Assembly: GCA_002269645.1 (NCBI GenBank)
Contig: NIVC01002680.1
Span: 1 to 42,067, forward strand
Reading direction: 5' to 3'
Source: Macrostomum lignano
Taxonomy: Eukaryota
DNA: 42,067 bases
Shown: positions 34,430 through 42,067 of the stretch, one piece after another
Numbering within the stretch: the stretch's first letter is position 1
Layout of the letters: every line of letters starts with the position of its first letter
Translations under genes and position numbers: made by a program
Notes under the pieces: generated by a model
Seen by the model: the letters and a program-made list of their open reading frames with translations, nothing else
The model's database searches: none
Told to the model about the DNA's origin: nothing

Positions 34430-37400
34430 TACTGGTCTGTAGACACAGCGGTAGCCCCTGAAAGCCCGTAGACAGGTAGATGCGTGGGGCCGGTCAGGGT
34501 GGTCCGCCGGTCCGTCCTGCAGCGTGATCTTTGTAGGAAATAAGGGGGCTTGTCTAGTCGCCCAAAGGAACTATTGTAGATGAGCCGTGGAATGCTGTCG
34601 GGCTGGGAGACCTCGTCAATGGACGGGTCGGCCCGAGGTAGCGTAGCCGGTCTCTCGTAAAGAAAGGGCAGTGAGTGACAAACAAAGTGCTGAGTATCTT
34701 TATTGTCGTACGTGCAAAAAGGGCAAAGTTCACTCTCTCGAGATCACCTCGGAGAAAGCAGTGCCTAGCGAGGTAGCCATGGCCGGTAAAGGTCATGACA
34801 AGGGCTGGAGATGATGGTGGTGCAGCTTCGCTCCGGCTTCTGCCCGCTTCTCCGCGATTTTCAGTCGAGGATCAACCCAGGCGTCGTGGCGGTTTGTCCC
34901 GACTGTGGCTTTGAGCCCCAAACGGTGGCATACCTCTTCAACTGCCCTGCCTATCTGACGCAGCTTTGTCCGGGTGATCTATGGACTAACCCGTCCAGAA
35001 CCGATACGTGCAACTTTCTGGAATCGGCCGCTCTCGGACCAAGGGAACAGGGCCAAGGAAAGAGCCAAAGCCGCCCCTCCTGGCGAGTGTGTCTGCCAAC
35101 TCGTTCCCCGGAAACCCTGCGCGCCCTGGGATCCACTTCAACCTGATAGTATTGCTACTGGCCAGGAGGTTGAGCTGCCGGGCGCAGTCAGCGACTGTCC
35201 GGGAGTTTGTGGTGGTGTGGCAAAGGGCCTGTAAGGCCGCTTGGCTATCAGAGTGGATAACGATAGTCTCTCCTCTCGTACCCTTGGCATTCAGTTCTGC
35301 AGCGCAAGATCGAGCTAATAGCAAGGGCTTCGTTCTGGAAGACTGTGGAGGGTCTGCCAGTGTGCTGGGCATGCGTGGCAATGACGCGGCTGTAATGATG
35401 ATGCAGACCCCAAAGCCGGCGCGACCGTCTTTGATGGATCGGTGCGTGTAGCAGTGGACCTCATCCTTTGAGGGGATGATGACCTTGTAGCGCTGAAAAG
35501 ATGTTGAGAGTGCAGGGTTCAACGTCAGATAAGACGTGGAGCCCGCCGCTGTCTCTCAAGTTTTTGAGGTATAAGAGGTCGGCGTGAGGCAGGAGCTTGC
35601 GCGTAGCCATGGCCCTATGGGGCAGGAAACGAATGCCAGCGTCAATTACACGGCGGGCAGTCTTAGCAGCTTCCCTGCGGACAAAGATGTCCAGCGGGGG
35701 ATGTTGAGGCCATCGTAAGGAGAGCAGACGGGGGCGCTCACGATCATGCGGCATGGGCCCCCTTGCGCTCTCCTGAGAGTCTCCAGACAGGTCTTCATCC
35801 GCAGGGCGCTAGCCCAGACCATGCCGCGGTGCGAGATAGCAGGCCTAACCATTGCAGTGTAGATCCACCAGAGGTGCTTGGGGGTGCGCCCCAAAGTGGT
35901 GACGACGACCCTACGCAGTTGCGCGAGGACTGCGAGGGCCTTCTTGGCTTTTGCTTGAGCGTGGGGCGACCAGTTCAGCCTGTGGTCCAGGGTAAATACC
36001 CAGACATTTAGTCTGCTTGCAGAAGGGGATTTCCCTTCCGTAAAGCGTGAGCGGCTGAATTTGCCACTTGGTCCTGCTGGTTAACATGATCGCTGCCGTC
36101 TTAGTCTCAGAGAGCTTTAGACCACAAAGATTCGCCCATTGCTCAGCGGCGTAGAAAAATTCTGAAGAATTGAAGGTCCCTGATGTTATCTGGGGACGGA
36201 CCAGACGCCACCGCGGTGACATTCTGACTACTTTGAGAATGGGGTCAGGCCGAGCATCCCGAAGGAGCTCATCGATGACCATATTCCAGAGCACTGGAGA
36301 CAGCACCCCATCTTGCGGGCTACCTTTGCAGACCGAGACCGTCCTCTGGTGGCCCAGCAGACTGGCGGTGGCCGTGCGATGGCTGATCATGTACATGATC
36401 CATCTGGTGAGATTTGTGTGCGTTTGCCTCTTACAAAGAGCTCTTCCGAACGCCTCGAAGAGGACGTTATCGAAGGCGCCAATGATTTACAAGAGGGTCT
36501 CCTGAGCGAAGCCGTTTCCAAGCACGGCCTACTCAAGTTTATCGACCAGGGCGTGCAGCGCGCTTTCATTGCGTGCGACCCGCCTGAAAAGCGTGCTGGT
36601 TTTCGCTGAGAGGCTTGTTCTTCAGCTTCACAGAGAGGAGGCGCCAGAGCACCAGTCTTTCCATCAGCTTGACCAGGGAGAAGGTCAGACTGATTGGTCT
36701 GAAGGATTTGATAGAATGGTAGTCCGGGCGGCCTGGCTTCGGAATAAAGATCACCTTTGCCTCGGTCCAAGCCTGTGGGACATGGCCAAGCGTTATGCAT
36801 GCCCGAAAAAGGCTTACGCAGTTTACGCAGGAAGCCTGGGCATTTAACCGCCTCTTTTAGGAGGGCAGGTACAATGCCGTCGGGTCCTGGGGCTTTGAAA
36901 GCTTTGAAGTAGTTTGCCGCGGTACTCTGTGATGATAGAGTCAGCCAGCGCGTGACCTCCTTCAGAGTGGCCCGGAGTGGTCAGGTTGGCCGGCTCGTTG
37001 GGGGAAAAACGCAGAGAGCATTACATCAAGCGTTTCCCCTGGGTTATCCATGGACGTGCCGTCGGTGCGTTTGACCGAGGAGAGCTTAGACATTTTGTCC
37101 AGCGTTGCTTTTGAATTGCTTTAACAATTCTGGAGGTGGAGTGTAAGCCTCTAGCTCCTCGCAGTATTGACGCCATTTCTGAGCTTTCGCGTTCCTGACC
37201 TGCCTTTTAAACTCATGGATTGCTTCATGATAGGCGGTTTGGTCCGCTGGGCTCTTGGCTTCAGTTGCTCTGCAATGGAGTCTCTTAGCACTGCGACGGA
37301 GGTTGCCGAGCTCGGGATTCCACCACTGCGCAGATTTTTTCCCTTTATAGGCTTTTAAAGGACAGGATGCCTCAAAGGCGGCGGTTAGCGTTTCTGTCAA

Positions 37401-38660
37401 CAAAGTCGCGCACTCATCCGCTCCTTGGCAAGTCGACGTGATCGTGGATGGTTGGCCGGAAAACCGATAAACTCCTTCAGGGCGAGCCCGAAGGTTTCCC
37501 AATCAGTGTTTCTGATGTCCAGTCTCCATGTAACACGATTTTGCTGCGCGCGGCCATCAGGTTGAAGGAGATGAACTTGTGATCGGAGAGTGAGAGGCTG
37601 GAAGCACCCGCCAGGCAATGCTTTTGTAGAGCCCGGGTGTTGCGAGTGTGGTATCGATCACCTCCTATCAGCGCCCGTTGTCAAATGTAGGGGTGGACCC
37701 AGAGTTGCAGAACTCAAGGGTCGTAGAGGCAACGTAGGCTAGGAGTCTTCGCCTCTCTGATTAATGCCCTTGCTGCCCCAGTGAGTATGGTGGGCGTTGA
37801 ATGTCGCCGGCAACCATGAGCTCGCAGTTTTTGGCAGAGCAAAGCTCGACCAGCGTAGCGAGGGTTCTAACGACGACCGCAGCATCACCTGGTAGGTAAA
37901 GCGAGGCAATGAGAGTGGTTTTTCCAGGAAGGAGATCTTCAGATTGGATGACGCAGATGTCCCTGTTAGACAGGTCCGATCTGTGTCACGCGCTGAGCGT
38001 TTTGCCGGGAAAAATGCAGTCTCTGGGAGGCTGATTGGCACTGCCGGGGTAAGTATAGAAACAGTTGTAGCCGGAAGGGGCGTTCTGAGGCTAACCTCTG
38101 AGGGTCCAAGGTTCCTGGACGAGGATGAGCCCCGGTATGTGGAGCTCGGCCTAACGCATAAGGTTGACCGAGGCTGCGACGCAGTGCTGCAAGTTGATCG
38201 GCATCGGATTCCCAGGCTGCTGATCATTATCACGCAGTTGGGGAATCGTGGAGCAGGTCATCCTCCTCAGAGGTCATCCTACTCATCCTCGGAGGTGGTT
38301 GGCCCGCAGACCTCCATGGGAGTTTCAGCGTCCTCGGCAGTTAAGGTGGCTGTGGAGTCCTCCGCGGACGTGAGCCCAGCGTGGACGTTTCCGTCGCCTC
38401 CCCTGTATGCTTCGGCGCCGTCACTACCCATACCCTCCGCCTCGTTGGTCAGGTCGATGCGGGTGACGCCAACTTCCTAGTGAGTGACAGCCTCTAACCA
38501 GTCAGTCAGCGCCTCCACGCTTTTAACCTGGTCTTCTGGCTGTTGGGTTGGAGCACGAGAAGTGCAGACCCGCTCAAGATGCGCCCGGAGGTTCCTGGCC
38601 TGGTCCAGCGCGCGCTGAACCAGACCGGACCTCCGGGGGCTCCTGGTAGGTCTGCAGTTG
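34430..38660 (-). mobile_element. Decayed non-LTR retrotransposon, LOA/Lian-like (APE-RT-RNase H-CCHC)
   Basis: Domains in order on the - strand: INLQHC...LVQEPW and FNAHHTHWGS (APE); IFIPKPGRPDY..KSFRPISL, GSPQ.GVLSPVLWN and WIYTAMVRP (RT); IHSDSQAAL.AL and WIPG.AG..GNELAD.LAR (RNase H); FTGHG..CPFC...QHFVC.CP (zinc finger). Many stops and frameshifts. Both ends are approximate. Confidence 0.9.
34811..34995 (+). mobile_element. Inverted fragment of a different APE-type LINE (C-terminal zinc-finger region) inside the LOA-like element
   Basis: QLRSGFCPLLRDFQSRINP...CPDCG..PQTVAYLFNCPAYLTQLCPGDLWTNP fits the QLRSG.C...CP.C...HLF.CP...L...DLW..P LINE C-terminal signature, on the opposite strand to the host element. 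Confidence 0.75.
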
Positions 38661-39588
38661 CTCACTTTCTCAGCTTCTCAGCTTCAGAGGCCTCTAACCA
38701 ATTGGTTCGATTTCGCCAATGGCCACAATAATTTTTGGTTACTCCACCAAAGCTGCCATGCGATTCACTCTTCATGCATGTACGAACGTATGTGGGCCAA
38801 CCTCCGGGGCATACAAAGTGTGTACATGCACAGCCAGACGATAAGAGAGTCAGGCCGGGCCGGACGCTATGCACCCTGTCTAAGCGTGTGGTATGTTGTA
38901 CGTGTCCGTGTGCGGGGTGACACTTCTCAGGTGTCAGTTTTTGGCGGCGGTGCCCAAAGCGCCTATGTGAACGATATAAACTAGCCATCCTGGTGTGAGT
39001 TTTCGCACATAATAATTCCAACCTACAGCTCATCTCCATTGAAGGCTACTTCAGGTGCCAATGGCGCGCCTTTGCAGATTTTGGTAGACATTTTCCCGCC
39101 AATCTACTAAACGTAGCACTCTACGAAAAGTAGTATCGAAAAGTGCGTCAATGACGAAAACTGTTAATGAGAGTAGCGGGTTTTTATATTCACCCCATGG
39201 AGAAAGAAAGGAATGGATGATGGAGTGCTAATCTGACTGAGATATTTTTGTTTTGCTCTTTTTCGACTTTTGGCACCTAGCTGGTACCCCCGACACACTT
39301 ATCAAATTGTTTTGGCTTAATCCGCTTACATATACATGTATGCATTGTGCGTAGGCACAAAATCCGCCTAAGTAGATAAAGCTGTCTCCATTGAATTACT
39401 GATCCTGTTTGTCACACGTACGCAAGTCTGCACATAAACAAAAACTATAATTTGCTACAAAGTACAAATCATCTACGCAAGTTAAACCCTGTTTTGCCAC
39501 CTGTTGCCATAACTTATCGCGTATTTTTGTGAAATTTTGTTATTGCCAACAGTGAAAATATTTTTGCTTAATGTTTTTGTGTTGCCCT

Positions 39589-39742
39589 CCAGGGGCGCCA
39601 GCACCAAGGGGCTTTTAGCACCTGGGGCTTTAGCACCAGGGGCGCCAGCACCAGAGGCGCCAGCACCAGAGGCGCCAGCACCAGAGGCGCCAGCACCAGG
39701 GGCGCCAGCACCAGGGACTTTAGCACCAGGGGCGTTAGCAGG
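39589..39742. repeat. 15-bp GC-rich minisatellite (GCACCAG[A/G]GGCGCCA)n
   Basis: About 10 tandem units in an AT-rich context. Confidence 0.9.
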
Positions 39743-40174
39743 AGCCTATCAGTAGCACGTGCATATCAATCTAGATCTCATTTCACAAGCTCATGCAATA
39801 CTTCGCAGAGTCAACACTAATATAAGCTTATCCGGCATATGATCAGTCTGGACAAAATATGCTTATGAGTGAGCAACAGCTGTTCTCTTCTATAGCATCT
39901 GTTTTCTTTATGGATATGCAGCACAAAGGATCGATGCAAAATACTTACAAAACAAGGTCGCCCGATCGAGCGAGTTTAACCTTATTTTTGCAACCTGTTT
40001 ACCATCCATGCATGCAGGTGCTCACATGCAATACACTGTAGGTATCATATTTTTTTGTATTTTTAGTCTTTCGCAAGAAAATTACTTTTTTGTCGTTTAC
40101 TACTTTTATTACTCCCTTCACCTCCAGTTTTAGTAGCATAAATTAGACTCAATCTGTAGCTATTAATGAACCAT

Positions 40175-41341
40175 TCAGGTATGATCGAACATCGCTTTGA
40201 TGACGAGCCGCATGCCAGGATCGATGTAGATCTCTCGCAGACGTCTAGCCAGGGTGTTGTGCTCGCAGCTCCGCTCAGCAGGTGCTGGATAATGATGCAG
40301 CCGGTCTTTCGCTAGGCTGCTCACTCTGTAGACAGCGAAGGCTTGGTAGCAGGACTCCACTTTGACTGGAATGCTGTTCCGGTTTATAGCAATTTCATCC
40401 GTGATGATGCTGCGATCGTCTTCGGTAACGCTGCAGAACCGCTTCTTGCTGAAATACGTTCGAGCACAGGGATCGTAGAGTACATTTGAAAAGCGGCTGT
40501 TGGCGCAAAGTACGTCCAGTTTGGGCTTGGCGCTGAAGTAGTAAATTCCCTGAGCAATGTTGTCCAAGCTCCATGGATCCCACTCCAGATCTGGATCAAC
40601 TGAAATCATCAGATCAACTTTATCTGCCAAACTGTCGTAAATGTAGTTCAGGTACATATTTCTGAGGACACTCATTGTGATGCCGCGATCAACGAGTTCT
40701 TCTTCCGTACGCTGCTGTCCCCAGCCGGGTCTGTGCACCTTCCCGGACCTGTATGTGATGTTAATTTTGCACGGGGCTCTTGAGTTTATTGGCGTGCATC
40801 CGAGAATCACCGTCTGATTGTGTTTCCGACGCACGTCGTGAAGAAACTCTCGGGTGCCATCGTTCGAGTCATTCTCAACGAAAATCATCCAGTAGTCTTT
40901 GAAGAGCTTGCCCAATCTTTGCAACTCCACGACGTTTTTCTGCAAGCGCTCCTTGGCGTTTCGCACTGACGCGACAAATACGGCAGTTTTGGTGCGCATC
41001 CAGTCTCTCCCAATACGCGTTCGATAGTTTTGGTCAAGCTCGCGATTCTCTCGTCGCATAAGAGGCATACGTTCGCGTGTATGGACGAAGTACATGGAGC
41101 TGTTCTGCAAGTCCAAGACTTCAGCGTGTCCGTAGCTAAAATCGGAAGATTTTTTCTCAATAAGTTCAGGATCGAGTTGTGTCACACGGTGTTTGCTTCG
41201 CTCTAGCTGATTGATAAAAATAATACCATTTGTAAATTTTCCGAATTGATAGAAGTAGTCCGTTGTGAGATGTATCATGGATATACAAAACAAAACATTG
41301 AATGAAACAAGAAGGCAGGCAAAAAGTTTCTTGTCAAACAT
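40175..41341 (-). CDS. Type II membrane GT-A glycosyltransferase-like protein, intronless, copy 2, 388 aa
   Basis: Paralog of 31728-32903 in the same orientation (offset 8447). The likely start is MFDKK (ATG at 41341), which aligns with the copy 1 anchor. The catalytic domain is nearly identical. Confidence 0.75.
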   Translation of the reverse strand: MFDKKLFACLLVSFNVLFCISMIHLTTDYFYQFGKFTNGIIFINQLERSKHRVTQLDPELIEKKSSDFSYGHAEVLDLQNSSMYFVHTRERMPLMRRENRELDQNYRTRIGRDWMRTKTAVFVASVRNAKERLQKNVVELQRLGKLFKDYWMIFVENDSNDGTREFLHDVRRKHNQTVILGCTPINSRAPCKINITYRSGKVHRPGWGQQRTEEELVDRGITMSVLRNMYLNYIYDSLADKVDLMISVDPDLEWDPWSLDNIAQGIYYFSAKPKLDVLCANSRFSNVLYDPCARTYFSKKRFCSVTEDDRSIITDEIAINRNSIPVKVESCYQAFAVYRVSSLAKDRLHHYPAPAERSCEHNTLARRLREIYIDPGMRLVIKAMFDHT

Positions 41342-42067
41342 TTTGTTGCGTACTTGATTCGTTTGTTTGTTTTTTGCCGTGACAATTTTTTTACCAGTCG
41401 TTGACTTGTAGAAAAAGCTTAACACTAGAAGTACTATCTGAATTAAAAAGCTTTATTTTATTGTGATTCGCACTCTTCACTCTTTTTATACTTCACGAAA
41501 TGCTACTTGTTAAACTGTTTGACAATTTTAGTGAATTGGAAGAAAATATAACTATGGTAATAGTTTTAATTAAAGTAGTTGTAGATTTAATTTTTTAAAT
41601 TACGGTTGATTATTTACTTTTGTTATTTTCATAAAACTTTTGTGTAAAATTTAAAATAACCTAAAATAACTATGCTAAGCATGTTGCGCGGCCTGATGAC
41701 GCCTGAGCCTGAGCCTGATTTTATGTAAGCTATTGAACTTTTTCGTCATCTCGATGCACAGTGTATAGTGCAATGCAATATAATTGAAGTGCAGTGTATG
41801 TCAGGTATAGGATCGGATGAATTATACTTTTCATTGCTGTAACTATTGACTTGCAAGGAAGTTATAAGATAAATTTCTATAAAGTTATAAGCAAAATAAA
41901 TTAAAAAAGAGGTGAAAAAACTTTCTTATGAACTAATTATGTTGTAAATACAATTTTAATTTAATAATGTTTGAGATTTCAAGGAGAATTTGAAAATTTT
42001 GAATTGATTTTTGTTCATAACAAAAGTAGATAGGCTAGGCCTAGGCCTATGACGTATATTATTATAA

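Noticed and set aside
38735-38984. Cys-rich ORFs (possible SWIM or other zinc finger)
   Set aside because: The Cys/His spacing does not match a defined motif in any single frame, and the ORFs are short with stops.
39537-39755. APEAP/APGAL repeat protein
   Set aside because: It is a 15-bp minisatellite in AT-rich sequence, with no ATG start or splice support.
31896-41160. Plus-strand and alternate-frame ORFs overlapping the GT genes, the H3 genes and the LINE
   Set aside because: They are shadow ORFs of GC-rich coding sequence with no independent motifs.

Overview
This is eukaryotic (animal) genomic DNA, not prokaryotic. It has spliceosomal GT-AG introns, histone H3 genes, SINE/LINE/LTR elements and MITEs. 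Introns packed with minisatellites resemble a free-living flatworm such as Macrostomum, but that assignment is an unverified inference. Genes: a 3-exon CNOT9/RCD1 (1080-3860); a convergent pair of intronless H3 genes, namely a conventional H3.3-type gene (10837-11247, -) and a divergent variant (8986-9396, +) carrying T11M, G13A, Q19R, S28T, A29P, P30L, S31V and I124M; a 5-exon UBL7-like gene (about 15573-28130) whose three small 5' exons I reconstructed by hand; and two intronless paralogs of a type II membrane GT-A glycosyltransferase-like protein (31728-32903, 40175-41341), which is a horizontal-transfer candidate. Mobile DNA: a decayed Gypsy LTR/PBS/gag with a large potential pseudoknot, a hAT-like MITE nested in a foldback element that carries tRNA-like Pol III boxes, several other MITEs, a tRNA/CORE-type SINE, and a decayed LOA/Lian-type LINE with an inverted fragment of another LINE inserted. 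The strongest leads are the H3 variant and the GT pair. Both paralog pairs show mosaic identity typical of gene conversion, with short divergent patches where the amino acid differences cluster. All counts were made by eye and no database searches were run.
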